Of a stretch of 64,000 nucleotides of DNA, positions 46,199 through 61,100 are shown in pieces (the first letter of the stretch is position 1; the number at the start of each line of letters is the position of its first letter). A program made the position numbers and the translations under genes. The stretch covers positions 20,274,001-20,338,000 of the forward strand of contig NC_135768.1 of NCBI RefSeq assembly GCF_052425735.1, given 5' to 3'. This DNA comes from Oculina patagonica (Eukaryota). The notes beneath the pieces are model-generated. The model ran no database searches and was not told the origin of the DNA. It saw only the letters and a list, made by a program, of their open reading frames with translations.

Positions 46199-49100
46199 AC
46201 GCTCTGGGACATTCAAAACAAAAGAATGCCAAGTATGGCTGGTTGAAGTCGCTTTGCTTTAAATGTCCCAGAGCGTTGCTTGCCCTCCAGCAAGGTGTAA
46301 TTTTGCACTATGTGACCGTTAGCTGCAAAGGGACCATTCTCCTTGTCGCTTCATGCTACAGAAACCGGAATCGGCAAGATGCACCAGTAGGCTTTAATAG
46401 CTAACCTTTTTACTTCAAAATGTTCAGGTGACTTACCTTGCTGATTAAAAAGTACACAAGTGCTTCTCGCGGCACAATTTTCTTTAATTCCTCAAGTTCT
46501 TCTAGAGCTTCCTATCAAACAAAAACAAACAAAGATAAGCCAAAGGTTGTTGCAATGAAACACTGTTGTACCACTACGTAAAAGTTTTGATCGTTCTTTT
46601 ATGATATTTTAGTTGCTTTTTACATGGTTAAGCCATCAAAAACCAAGTCAGTCAAGGAGATGGAGTCAACTGATAAAATTCACGTTTATTACACTGTATG
46701 TGCTATCCAGAAAATTATACGTGCGGTTGTTGGCGCTGATTGGCAAAGAAGGTTGAGACAAAATACTTAGCGGCTGGCGCATGGTGTTGCGTTCACACTG
46801 TAAAGGTCTGTTCGCACGAGGGGACATGTTGCTGTAACAATTCGTGTTGCACGAGCTGAAAAGTATCATTATTCAGCACAAACAAGAGGACGCAACAAGT
46901 CCCTTCGTGTGTGCAATTTCAAGTGGTCAGTTTTGCAGTAAAATCCCGCTTTCTCGAACCTCCAGGGTAAACGAAAATGCTTCTAGAAAATAGGAGGTTC
47001 GAGAAATCGGAAGTAAAATTACAGAGAAGTATTATCCAAGGGAAATGAGAATGGGCACGAGAAACCGGGATTTTACTGTCTTTTCAAATGGAAGGAGAGC
47101 TCAAACGGGGATTCAGAAACACACAAGACGGCCCATACCTGGTGTTTATCCATTGAAAATAAGATTGAAGCACGATGAAACTTGCAGAGCGGATTCTTTG
47201 GGTCAATTGTCATGGCCTTGTTAATTGTGACGAGAGCAGCTTCAGATTTCTTCATCGCGTGTTGCACCTGTGCAAAATATGAGAAAAGTGTTGAAAAAAA
47301 AATAAAAGAAGTTGCCTGATGCAGACATTTAGCCCGGTTTTAACGAGCGAGGCAAGCTCAAGGGTCCATAAAACTTTGAGAAGCCCAAGCACAAAGTTAA
47401 TGACATCTCGTAACGGGAGTAGGAAAACTCCATTTTCTTCACGATACAACATACATATACATACATACATACTTTATTAAATAAGTAGGTCTAAAATACA
47501 TAAAAGCTGATGTGGACCTACATTACATTCTAAAGTGTTGACTAGACTTCAGAAACCAGGTGGCTCCGAAACGTGCTTTATTTCTTGTTGTGAGAGTTAT
47601 AGAGAATGACCCGTGTGCGAGCAGAGGGGGAGGGAAGTGGGGCTGGTCATCACTCTCCCAAGTTTTCCTCGGCCCGTAATTCCCGCGAAAGAGACCTTTG
47701 AGATTCGAGTTGAGCTGAAAACTTCCATTCTGAGGACAAAACACTGCAAAGATCTGATTGGTTGTTACACGTTGCGATTTTCCCGCGCGCGCGAAAAACA
47801 GCCAATCCCAGAGACACTGCATGGTTCACTGAAGAGTTTGCAGGGGTGGTGTCAACAAGTACGCAAAGATATAGGTTGTTTTCTCAGGTGTTCAGCAGTT
47901 TGTTTATCAACAGTAACTTACCACACCGACATGGCAATACAACACAGAACTGGACGGGTTTATTGACAGAGCTTTCCTAAAGTGGATTTCAGCCAAGTTG
48001 AACTTCTCCTGTTTGTAGTAAATCATACCAATACCATACCTACAAAGAAATACAGCATTATGTAATCAATAACATGCCATTTGCAGCTGTTTGCCACGTG
48101 AACCTGTCAATCAAAAGCACTTAAATGGCTTCCGGTAAGAGGAGAACATTTAAGGTGATTCCCCTGTTACTGAGCAGAATTTAACGCGTGATTAGCGCGC
48201 GCACATTAACAAAATGGCGGCTTTTTTCAATGCAGCTTGGGTCTCTCGAGAGAAAAAAACGTTGTTTTCCCGTAAACGAGTAGGGTGACCTATCAGTTTT
48301 TTTCTTCTCTTTTTGGAGTGGAGTGATCAAATTCTTTCTATAAAATGAATACAGATCAGTTTCTATAGTTGAAAAGTAAATTATCACCGGAAACGTGTAG
48401 CTTGCCAGTACTCGCAAAGGAATTATTAAGTAATTTATATGCGGTATATACAAGGTCTTCCTGCTCCTAAACGAGTATGGTGACCCCCGCCCTCTTCTTT
48501 TTTTATTAAAAAAGTTCCCTTTAGGTAAACAACCAATGGGAAAAGTTTAAATGAAAACTTGTTCAGTTCTGTATCAGGGAAATTACCTTAAGCTTTTAGC
48601 AAAAATCAGCCATGCTGGCACGCAAGTTACGCAATGGAACATCCAAAATAAAGGAAGGTGAAGCTTGACTGGTGCGAGTTCTCTTGTTCTGGGTGTCCTG
48701 CTGCGTAACTTATGTCCCAGAATGACTGATTTTGTACCATGTGACGGGGTCGTGCAAAGGGCCTATACTCATCGTCTGACAGTATATTAAAGTTCTGGTG
48801 CTTTTTTTCTCGAGTTTTTGTAAACGATTGCGAACGTCGGCGGAGGTCAAACAGCTTTATTACCCTCTCTGCAACTTTTGCCGACTTTCTTGCTCGAAAA
48901 CAAAAATTTGAGTGCGACAAGATGCGCTGCATTTTCGATAATTCAAAAGTTGAGATTGTTTGTACGAGTGGAGAGCAAGGTGTGCTATACAACAACAACC
49001 TAAACCTACACAAGGTTGAAAACCTTCCTATCGTTACCCAGGGTTCGTACCCTTTTTCACAAACGATTTTCCAGTACTTTTCCAGGACTTTTCAAGTACT

Positions 49101-52100
49101 CAGATTGATTTTTTCAAGACTCCAAAATTCACATTAACCCTTTCAGCTCCCAAGATCTCAATATTATTTCTCCTTACTTTCTGTACATTTCTTACAATGC
49201 CATTGCGGCAATGCGGTTTGCTCCGAGAATTCAGTTGTTACTTGAGTTTAACAGATTTCCAGATTTTTCCAGGACCGGTAGTCTTTTTCCATGACTTTCC
49301 AGTCCTGGAAAGTGCCACAATAAAATTCCAGGACTTTCCAGGTCTCCAGGACCCATAGTGATACGAACCCTGGCCTGCTTACCAAGTAAAAATATTTCTA
49401 CGGAAAATAAAGCAATTGAACTAACCACGCGTTATAATGCCGGGAATCTGTTCTGACAGCTTGACGGAAGCAGGACATAGCACGATCAAGCTCTTCTGTG
49501 AGAACATACTCATGGCCAAGCAGTGTGTAGGCGTAAGTAAAGGCAGGGTTAACCTGCACAGCCCGCTGGAAGAACTTAATGGCAGTATCGTGTTCCTTCT
49601 GTAGACTGAAACAGTTCCCAGTGGCGCACCAAGCCTGACAAAAAAAACGAAGGAATTATTACGACTCTCACAATGGCGCTTGAAGAACGATGTGACCTCT
49701 ATTTTCCCGCGCTTTAGCGATGTGTGAGGCGCAGACCTAAAAATTCCATACTGATGACGTTGCTCTACAGAGATCCATGAAATGTCTGTGATTGGTTGTT
49801 GCTCGGGTTTGAATTTTCGCGCGAAAGTAACAACCAATCAGAGACAGAGATCTCTATACATCTACGTCATCGCAAGAAAACCTCTGCTGCCCAGGGCTGG
49901 ACTGAGCGGTAGGACAAACACTGTTTAGCCAGCTCAATTAGCTGTTGTTCTCTTGTTTGTCATTTCTTTATTCAGTCAGGGGAACAAGTGCCAGTTGATG
50001 GCGATGGCGACATCACTTCTCCGAGAAGTGACTGTGCCCGCGGTTTTCATCCCAGTAGTTGCTTAGCAACATGACGTACTTGTACGCGCGATTGCTTTCG
50101 GAGAACCTGGTACTCGTGTTTGATTGGATGAAATAACTCGGAAATCCTTTGAGTGCTTTAACGAAAATTTGCCAAAACTGGCACTTATTCCCCCGACTGT
50201 ATTGGCATATTCGTTTTGCTATCATTCCCCATAACTGCTGAGATTATGGAATGGTTAAATTCTTACCTGCGGGGAAGTACGGTCAGTTTCCACTAAGTCT
50301 TGAGCCATAGCTGACAGAGCGACTTCATTCTGAAGATGCCATAAAGTAGTGGAATAGATTTCCATTCCTGTCAGAAAGAAACAGAGAAAAAAAATCAAGT
50401 AAGCAACATATAACACGGTTGGTAGAAGCCGCAAGAGTAAACTCTTTGCCCAAAACTCTTGTAAGACAAGAAAAATGGTTTGACTCGCACTTCAACCTCT
50501 TAATCAGTCAGGCGAACAAGGTAGTTCCGTAGAAGAAGGCTATTTTTGGCAAAAGTTTCCAATCTGAATCAGCCAATCAAGGAACAGCGTGAGCCCTTGA
50601 GAGTACTCCGAAAGTTGTTACGCCATCCTGACGCAATCAGTTGCCTAGCAACTTTGAGGTGAAAATCGTGGGCTCAATCCAGTCTACAACTGTTACTTAG
50701 GTACCGGTATTCCCCCAATGGGCTCTTTTAGCTAATGATATGTGGTACAATATCTGCCAAGTTGAAGAATCAGCCCCCCCCCCCCGGGGGGGAGGGGGAC
50801 TCGCATATGAAAGGAGCGGGGGTGCTCATCGTCTCGCTTTGGGGTGTAAATTTTAGATTTTTAGCCAGGAAGGTCTCGTTAAGGGCTGTACAACAAAAAA
50901 TTTACAAATATAAATGACATTCTTAGTTCTTTGGTATCTTTTAGGGGTCAAGAGAAGCTTCAGCCACACCCAAATTGGTCTCTTTTAGGCATAGTTAGAA
51001 GAGGGGACTGGTTATGAAAAGCCAGCAAACTTCAAAGAAATAGAGCGGGTTTCACTTGAGTGTCGAAAGTTATTTGCGTTTGCTTTGGTTTTGCATTACT
51101 ACGCTCAGTGATTGGTTTAGAAATCTCGCGCCACTTTCTCGACCAATCAGAACTAAAACCAAAACCAATCGTGACTCGCTCCCGCACGTTTTCCCGCGCT
51201 TCGCGTCAGCTACATGTATTTGCTTCGAGTTTTGATTGGTTCACTTGATTGTCTCTGTGTTTTGTGATTGGCCAGAGTAATTGCTTTGGTTTTGGTTTTA
51301 CGACACTCAATTGGAAACTGCTCTAACTCTTTGTTATGGTTTTTGCGCGTTCACGTGACACGGAAGGTGCACAAGCAAAATTTCAAGATGGCGTCCCGAG
51401 TGACTTCTATTCGAAGCGTGGTTGAATCCAGTGTGATAGTTGGCTTGTTCTGGTTGAAAATGAGTCAAAAACCGTAAGTTTTACAAGATAAAAGATCGTA
51501 GATTGCTATACCAAGCGATAATAGCGCTGTCTTCGGCTGTGGATCGCGCAGAAGGAGAAGAGGAATCGACATTTGGAAGCTTTTATACTTTTCTTTTTTT
51601 TTTGCATTTAATGAATACTTTATTTACAACAAAGGCACTACATAAATACGATTAACAAATAACAAATAAGAAAAAGAAAGAGAAAAAATAAATAAATAAA
51701 TAAAAAATAAATGTCTGTGCGCTCCCTCTACAGAAAATTGAAATTAACTAATATAATTTCTCGAGTTACAATGCATTACTTAGGGTGCGTTTCTTTGGGA
51801 AAAATCCAAATCCGGATTCTTGATCCAAAAACGGATTTTGCGTTTCTTTACCTATATCCGAAAATGGATTAATCTTGGATCAATTATCTGAAGAATCCAC
51901 ACTCCGAGTGGATACATCAGATTATATCCGAATCCGGATTTTTAGGATTCATGATCCGTGCGTTTCTTTGGGAAAGGATTCGAAAAAAGTACCATGGCCC
52001 AGCGGTCTTTGCTGTGAAAATACAGGTTCGCTCTTTGTAAACACTGTCATACGGTAAGTTTTTAGGCGGTTATTTCGATCAAAATACAAAAATATTTCAC

Positions 52101-55100
52101 GATAAAAGGAATCGGTAGCTTGATAGGTATGAAGTGTCATTTTAAACTGGATGCAGGTTTTCTAGAACAGCCACCGTGTGCCTACGGAAGTTGTATCCTT
52201 TTGAAATTGTCAAGAGTGAAGTTTGCATTCGCAAACATTCTTCGCTCTCAGATGCTTTCTCGCCACATTGTGCTTGAGGCTAAAGAAGAACTATTTCGAC
52301 GTGTGATTTTTGTAAAAGATTTTGTATGGTGAAATTATTTTAGCTAGGATACATTCGACGAAAAATAAATTTGTGCTGATATTTTATGTTCTGTGCGAAA
52401 TGTGTTTACGGGGTTGTCATGGCAAAAAATCCATTTTCGGATTCTTTGTTTCTTTGGGAGCAAAGTATCCGTGTGATCTGAGATCAATGATCCAATTTTG
52501 GATTTTCCCAAAGAAACGCACCCTTAAATTAACATATTTATTAATTACTTTACTTAAATGAAGCCAAAATAAAGAAATGTTGCAATTACAATGGTGTGGG
52601 CAGGGAAGGGAAAGAGAATAGGGTAATAAGCGAAATAATTCGTTACATTAATTTCTCTATTTTGTATTTATAGATAATTTTATTAATAAAGTCCGGAAGT
52701 AACAATGAATCATTCTGGAGTTTTCTTTTGTAAATGTAATAACGCAGAAACATGATAGTATAGTTTATATTTTTACGAAATGGAAGCTTTTATACGCACC
52801 AACACTTATAAGAGGATGCACATAGGAAATAGAGGAAAGGCTGGCTGAACAAAAAAGTCACACAGTATTCTGAGAATTACACATTGTAGAGCCTGTTTGC
52901 TTTCTACTTCAGGAATGAAGATTATTTAGAAGTTATCAAATTGAAACTTAGCTATGGGTCTGATGATGAAGACACGATTTTGAAAATAAAAATTTGAATG
53001 CTTTATTCTCAATTGATATCAAAGTGATTACTTTTGTTTTCCATCATCCCAGATGATCAAGTTTGGATCCCGGGTAGATGTCATATCCACTTATGTTCAT
53101 CTATCATTAGCTTGCTTGCAGTTAGGTTCACCGCGGTTTGCTTGCGGTTAGCTTTTACTCTTGCTTGCTCACGGTAAGCTTTTATTTGTTGATTTGGGCA
53201 ATGTACTATTGGCGTTCTGTCATTCAGACATTCTGCCAAATAGTATCACTCATTGTGCAACATATTAAGGAGAAAGCAAATTGGGGGAGGGGGTTAGGTG
53301 CCCTTTTTGGAATAAAGTAAAAAGATCTGAGGTAAGGATAGCTGGCTATTGTCTCTATTAATGCAAAATTTCAATTTCCTCAAAGTCTCATAGTTTGATA
53401 ACACTAACACTGAGAAAGATTTTGATCATATCCAGAGTAAATAATAAGGAGTATGACTTGAGATTTGAAAGGTTTTTCATGGTTCCCTTGTATTAGCATA
53501 AAGTTGTCCTCAGTGGAACTGTCAAGGTTGGGGTGGGAATGCTTGCAGACATAAGCTGACCAATATGAGGGTAAATAAGGCATTCAGTTAGGTTCAGTGC
53601 CCTGGCACCATGTAAAGACTGTAAATGATGGTACTCATCTTGTTATTAATTAGCAAAACACAAATTAAAAATTAAATATGAATAAACAGTCTCAATCCTG
53701 TCCTTGTTGATCTTCATTCTGATCTTATGTCACCGAACAATATTCTTGGCAAAAAAGGATTGAGTGATTCAAGTTCTGCATGTGATATTTTCTGATAATA
53801 AAATTGCAGTTATTAAGGAGGTCACAGTCAGAGTAATCCCAGCAAGATCGAACCTTTGCAATTCCCCAAAATATTCTGCCTTTATCTGCTAAAGTTATGT
53901 ATCCGTGTCTCAAAACCTTCCACTTAAAATACACATATATACATTTTTAGCTTACTTTTATGTTTTACTTTTGTTTACTTGTTTTATATTTTAAGTCGTG
54001 GGCTATCTGCACTACAGTAGCTCTTAGCTATGTGTTTACATTTACATTTCTTACCCCAGCAATTGCAAACATTTTCTTATGCTGAGCCTTCAACAACAAC
54101 ACCCAAAAAATGTATTTATATAAATAACTGAAGAATATTCGAAGAGTAAAAATATAAAGTGTGGTAGCCAAATTGTATGGTAAGCTTTTCGTGACTCACT
54201 GGAACTATTATTAACCGGGATTATAATTTAGGAAGCACAAGTTATCTGCTACAAGGTCCAGCACTCAAAACAATATAAACAGATCACCATATCCCAAATC
54301 TTTGTCAAAGGTTCAATATAGGTATTTCGTGAACCACAGGAACCCGAGAGGAAATAACTATAGGCAATATATAAGCTTAGTTTTAAGGTGAGCGTTTGTT
54401 GGATTCCATTTTATTACACGAAGCGAGCAGCCAATCTGCAGAAAATTTAAGCTCATTAGTTTGAAATTACGACTCAAAATTGTAACCTGTTATGCTTACA
54501 TTACTAACTGCGACCGAAAGTGCTTCTCTAATACTCCATCGCCTTCCAAAATGTTAAAAATTGCCTCTAAATCGTCTTGCCAAACAAACAGATCGTGTGC
54601 ACCATCCGCCATCTTGAATGAACTTGTGCACTCTCAGAGTCACGTGATGGGTCTGTTCAACATCGGAGACCGCACTATTGTTTAGCTCTTTGAAGTTTGC
54701 CGGCTTTCATAACCAGTCTCCTCTACTAACTCTGCTTTTAGGGGTTCTTTTTTAAAATTTCCAACGAGCATCCCGCCCCTTTCATATAGGAGTCCCCCCC
54801 TGGAGCAAGCTACGCACTGGGAAATCCAAAATAAAAAAGAGCCAAGCATGACAGGTTAAAGACACTTTGTTGGGCCCATTGTCCACTTGATGACTGTCTC
54901 TCGCAGAGTTGAATAGAAGGTAATAACTATCAGTACGCCTAGCATCCAGAATGGAAAAGTTAAGTTAAAATTTACGTTCCAAGCAAGATTTTACACTCTT
55001 GCTCAAGTTCTATCCTTACTTATTCTTAGACCTACTGATGTCTTAGCAAGTTGACATGACATTTTTACCTTCAATTCTGTAGGGTTCCAGTTGTCTTACT

Positions 55101-58100
55101 TTGGCAAAAACTTTCTCAGCCTGCAAAATAGCCAAGTTAATAACAATGAAGGATAACTTTCAAAAATGTTAGTTATACAGTTATAAAAACACTCAACATC
55201 TAAGATTTGCCTCAAAATGTCAACCAAATAAAGCTAGCAGATACCGCTGAAACAATTTATACAGCATAATTATGCACATCAAAGCCCAAAATGAATCATC
55301 ACAAAAACCTATTAACAAGCCCGGGGCCTATTTATGTTTGCAAGTGTTTTTTGAACAAATAGTTCATACAAAAACTCTATACAGTGCAATCCCGTTTTTT
55401 TTAACCTATGATTTCTCAAATCTCCTGATAACTCAAACCAAAAGTTGTTTTCCTTGAATTTGCTTCAGCAGGGCTGCAAATAATTTTTTCACTTGAAAGG
55501 ATATATGTCCTACTAAGACACCATATTGGTCGGACAAAACAAAATTGTGGTTGGACATCACCAAAAACAAAGGTTGAATTTAAATTATTGTTGCCGTAAA
55601 AAGGTTTTACGATCAAAATATTGTCCAGACATCACGTCCGACCACACTTGGGATTTTGTCGGACATGAGCAAAGTTTAGTCGGCCAATGTCCGATGACCG
55701 ACTGTTATTTGCAGCCCTGACTCAGTCTAACAGTGCAACTTTCGCCATAAATCCTATAGAAAATTGTAACTAGAATTTTATGGATTTTTATCTTACCAGC
55801 TGATATTCTGCCAGTTCAAAGTGAGCACGTCCCACTTGCGTCAATACCCATCCCGTGTTGTAATGGTGTGGTGCTAATGACGAGAAGGCATTTAATGCTT
55901 GTTTACATTCATAAGAACTAAGGTGAACATAAGCTTGGCCTATGAGCTTCAGCAGTGACATTAATCCATCTGAAAATAAAATTGAATGATGAGAAAACAT
56001 TAGCATGATATTAAATAAATTGTAAGAAGAACAGAGTTTTGGAACAAGCAAGATAAGTAATAAATGAGAAATATGAAATGTAACACGAGCGTGGGACAAA
56101 AAAAAAAATTTTGAGTCCCTGACGGGAATCCTCCCAGATACCGGTTGGGCGCTCTAACCAACTGAGCTACAAGAGACTGGTGGTGGGCTGGGCCATTTAC
56201 TAGGTTCATATGTGGCACACGTCTTGCAACTGCAAGCTCAGCAATGTCTAACCTATGATATGTGTAATAAATGAGAGATGGTAAATGCAGCTCGGTGAAA
56301 TAAATGACAAATATGAAATGTAACAGGGGCGTGGGACAAAGAAAAAATTCTGAGACCCTGACGGGAATCGAACCCATGGCCTCCCAGATACCGGTTGGGC
56401 ACTCTAACCAACTGAGCTATGTGAGACTCGTGGTGAGCTGGGCCATATACTAGGCCATATACTAGGCTGCTGGTGGCCCAGCTCACCACGAGTCTGAAAA
56501 GATCCAAAAAAGCTGGTCTGATTAGGGTTAACAAACCTTGGGGTAAATGAGGACCAGCTTCCACCCACATTAAACTTTTAAAAGCAATCATGCAACTAAG
56601 TTTGGAGTAGAGAAAAGAGACTTACCCATGCTGCTTTGGATGGGTGATGACAACTTTCCCTGGCCCCTCCCCTCAGTGGTTTGTTGTGTTGATGACCCTT
56701 CCTGGATAACATTCTCAACACATGGAGCTAATGGCTGAGGAGTGGAGCTTCTTGTTTGACGTCGAGTCTGAAAAATTGTAATAAGCAGTATACCATGTCA
56801 TCCTTGAATTTTGTCACTGAATGAAAGACGTGCAACTCACAGTCCCCCTCGCCACCCTAGAGTATAAAGATTACAGAGGTTGAGCATGACGGTTATTTTT
56901 CCTGCAAATGGAAAAATTCAACTTCCGCCGTCTGCTGTTTGGCATTCATACACGGAAATGAGTAGTTTTGTGTTTGTCGTGAATGTGGGATTTTTTCACT
57001 ATTTTTTATGAGGGATTAATTTTAGAATTCCATAAAAAGGTAACAAAATCAAAGGTAAGCTTGTGTACTTTGCCGTTTGCTGTATAACGTCATACTTAAT
57101 CTCTCTATTGTTAGTTAAGGGGTAACCTGTCAAAAATGTTGGGAGGTCAGACTGCAGAGGGGGCTTACCTGTAATTGGCTAGAATCCCATTCAGGGGGAG
57201 TCACAATACTCATACAGCTGAGCCTTTTAAGATGGACACCAAAAGGACAGTGAAGAGCATCTGCATTGTGAAGGTGTCGGTATTACAGAGATAGAGTTTG
57301 TATGAATTTGGTCTCTTTCGGACCAAGTGAAATGCCCTTAATAGCGAGGTGTCCATAAGCAGAGGTTCAACAGCAGCTAGTTATTTCATGCTACAAAAAT
57401 CAGGGTTAAGCTTTTCCATTAACGAGCCACATTGCTTCTCCTATTGCTGGGACTGTAACAAAATGTCGGCTTAACTTATCGTTATTGACGAGAAAAATTA
57501 GCAAATGGGCATATAAGTGGTAAAATAGATATAAAGATTAAGTCAACAACATAATTTTACATTAAGTTAAGGGCAGAAAAAGCCCTAAGATAAAAAAACC
57601 CTGTTCTATTGGGTGGGTGTTATTTAAGCAATTTTCCTCTGTTAAGTGTGATTACTCATTATGATAAGATCTATAAACAAAACAATTTTTCTTGAAATAG
57701 AGAGTCATGATAACATTTTCTAAACTTACCTTTTTCACCACATTACTGACAGCAGTTCTACATGTCGAAGGAGAAGAAACTCTAGCACTTTTTGTTCTTC
57801 GATCCTAAATTGGACAATTGCAATTATAACAAAAGAAATCAAAATGATGTGAGTGCATGAGAATTGCACTGATAAACATGAATGCAAGTGACAAAATCAG
57901 TCTATTGCTGGAAAGACTTCAGACATTTGAGCTGAAATACTCCACACTAATGATGAAGATCTAAAGGCTAATTTTCACAAGGGAAAGAGTCAGAGTTGGA
58001 GTCGTAATAAGAGGCATAGAGTGTAATCATATGATGTTGTGAAAAACCTAACCAACAGAGTCGTAAGCAGAGTTCCTGATTCCATTCATCTAGAACTGTC

Positions 58101-61100
58101 GGAGTTGCAACCAGAAAGGAAGCACTCAGTGGGCTTAGAACTAGTATTGTGACGTTTGTGTTGTTGTAAAAATGTGTTGGTTTGTTCTTCCTCTTCTGCT
58201 TGCAACTCTGACAATAATTATAGTTTTCACTCAATCACAAGCAACAGACTCATAAGCAGAATTGGAAGAAAATGGAAATGTTCTGATTGTTCTGACTCTT
58301 ATTCCGTTGAGCTTATGATGCTACTTATGACTCTGATTTTTGTTTTTCATTAGGTCATAAGCGCTCTTATGGCTCCGATTTGGCTCTGACTCCAACTCGG
58401 TTACTGGTGAAAACCAGCCTAAGAGATCTGTGAGCTGTCACAGATTGATTACCACTCAGTAATGAGTTTTGTGTGTGAGTAGCAACCAATCAGTGACACA
58501 AAGTGATGATGATGATGCATGGTGATGATGATGATGATGACACTACACAGATCTCAGTAGTGGCATTTCAGCAACATTAAATATTTCAATCGGCTCAATT
58601 ACCAGATCTATTTAGTGCAAATAATAGAACTAAGTAGGCAACAAGTTAAGAGTAATCTTTTTATCCAAAAAGAGTAAAAGCATGGAAGGGAGAATTTGAC
58701 AATAAAATCAAGACAATATTCTCTTCAAATGCTGGTCACTTCTGTTTTACGATGTAAAGGCAGTGCGGGGAGAAATAAGCTTACCGGTACTTTATTACTT
58801 GAATCAAAACTGCTAACTGAACTGTTACTAGAAGACAATGTAAAAAGTCTTGAACTACGTCGCACATTGGGCGCATTCGATGAGAAGTTCTGATGACCTG
58901 AGCTATGAGGAGACGATGTAAATATAGCTGATGGAGAATGAATGCTGTGGACACTAGACGTGACAGGTTTACCAGATAAATCACTCCTTCGGTTCCCACC
59001 CTACAAGAAAATAAATTGAGACTGAAAACTTGTTTTGACTAACATGTCATCTGCTACAAGTAGTATTGAAAGTTCTAATTTAACTAAAATTTAAAATTTC
59101 CCTGATTTGACAACAATATTCACATCTTTATTGCGGTTTTCAGTGATATGCGAACTCTGAAATTCAATACTTAACCAACTGTTTACACTTTTTGCTGCCG
59201 TCAATCATTTAGCAAACCTCTTGGGAAACAGAAGTTCACTTCAACTGGGACAAAAGGTCACGTCTCTGAGTTGTGATTGGTAGATTTTGATCCATTTTGT
59301 TTGTTTCTGTTTTTCATGGTTCATTGGCTGTCACCATAATTATGACTGACACCAGCGAAAAATGTAAGATTCGTTTGTTGGAGTTTGAATTTCAGAGTTC
59401 GCATATCACTGAAAACCGCTTATTGTGATTATTGTAGGTTTCTCATAGTCTTCCCTTTACATGAAAACCCTGGAATAAGTCACATCTGTAGTCTACTGAA
59501 AGGATTAAAAGAAAGTAATTTACAAACCTTTTTTAAGGGCGCTTTAGGGGCATGGCCTTCAACACCAGCAGGAGATGGGGTTATAAATGGCACTGTATTC
59601 TGGTCATTTGTTGGCGTATCTGATGACAGCATTCCAAAACTATTACATAAATCAGACAACGAAGAGCACACGTTAGTTGCAAAACAAGCAAGAATACAAA
59701 GAACTGCAGTCACTTTAAGGGGCAGTATCAGGAGAAGTCTCCCAAGTTTTTGTGTAAACAATGATAAAAATATGAGGGTGCACTCAGTGATCAACAACAT
59801 AACCTTTGAACAAAAGAAAGGCACAAATTCATTTTCCAATGTGTGAATAAAACGTAATCAATGGTTTTTAGTAATTTTCTTCCAAGTAACACTGTCAAAC
59901 TTGAAAACGTCAGCCCGACTTTTTTAAGTTTTTGGCCACTACTGTCCTATCCGTCCGTAGCCAAACCACCTTTGAACAACTTTCATGACTAGTAGAGAAA
60001 GCACAGTATGTTTTAGCAAGGCAAGCAACTATTAGTGGATTTCCAATTAACACCAAGACCTTCATTCCATTTTAAATAGCACTTAATCATGGTGACACAG
60101 CCCCTTTAACATCAAACAGTACATGTACCTTGGTGTAAGCGGACTTGCTGACTGTGTAGCTCCTAAAAGATTCCTTCCAACCCTCTGACGCATTCTCTTC
60201 TCTCCCACAATACCAACAGCAGAAGACTGCACGGCAAAGTTGCCACCTGACATTTCAATAGAGCCTGGTCTAGACAATGGAACAGATGATCCAATCAGCA
60301 TACTGTTCTGCGGAGTCGCATTCTGGGAGGGGTCAAGATTTTCTGAAGACACTGAGTCTATGTTACGTCGCTGGTTGTCTGACGGACTTGTGGTATCCAT
60401 GGTAACAGTGGAAGAGCCCACAGTCATGTGTTCTCTGTGTGGAATGGAAGTGATTTTGGGGCAGGAAGATGATTTAAAATAATCTGCAGGATCTGGCTTC
60501 TCACCTGAAAAAAAAACACAACAATGTAATGATTAGCTTATTGCATAAATCAAACTACATAAAAGCATTATGTGTGACATTGTGCCAGATTGAGATACTA
60601 CAATGTTCATATTGATTCCATGAATTAATGACTGCATGAGCTGCTTGCTCCTTTACATTCAAAACTGCTGAAGCATCGTCTTTAAAATCAAACTTAAATT
60701 TTATAAATCTAGAGAAGTTTCATCTTTGTTTGAACATTATTTTCAGCAACAGTACAGTACAACTGCCTTTAAGAGACGGTGACCATATTCATATTCTCGG
60801 TTTTGGACTGGAATTGGCTTGCAATGGAGGGTAATGCGGGGGAATATCATTAAAAAGAGCTTCATGTCATTTGCATTTGAAAAGATTCCCCACATTAGCC
60901 TCTATTGCAAGTTAGTTCCAGTCCAATACCAAGAATATGAATATGACCTGTAGTATGAATCTGAGAAAACACATATCTCAATGACACACAGTTAATGCTT
61001 GTACCTAGCTGACAAAGATTTTCAAATGAACTCCATAGGTACGGGTTGTACTTCAGACTGCTTTTAAAACATTCTGCTGCTCTTGTAAACTGCTCTGATT

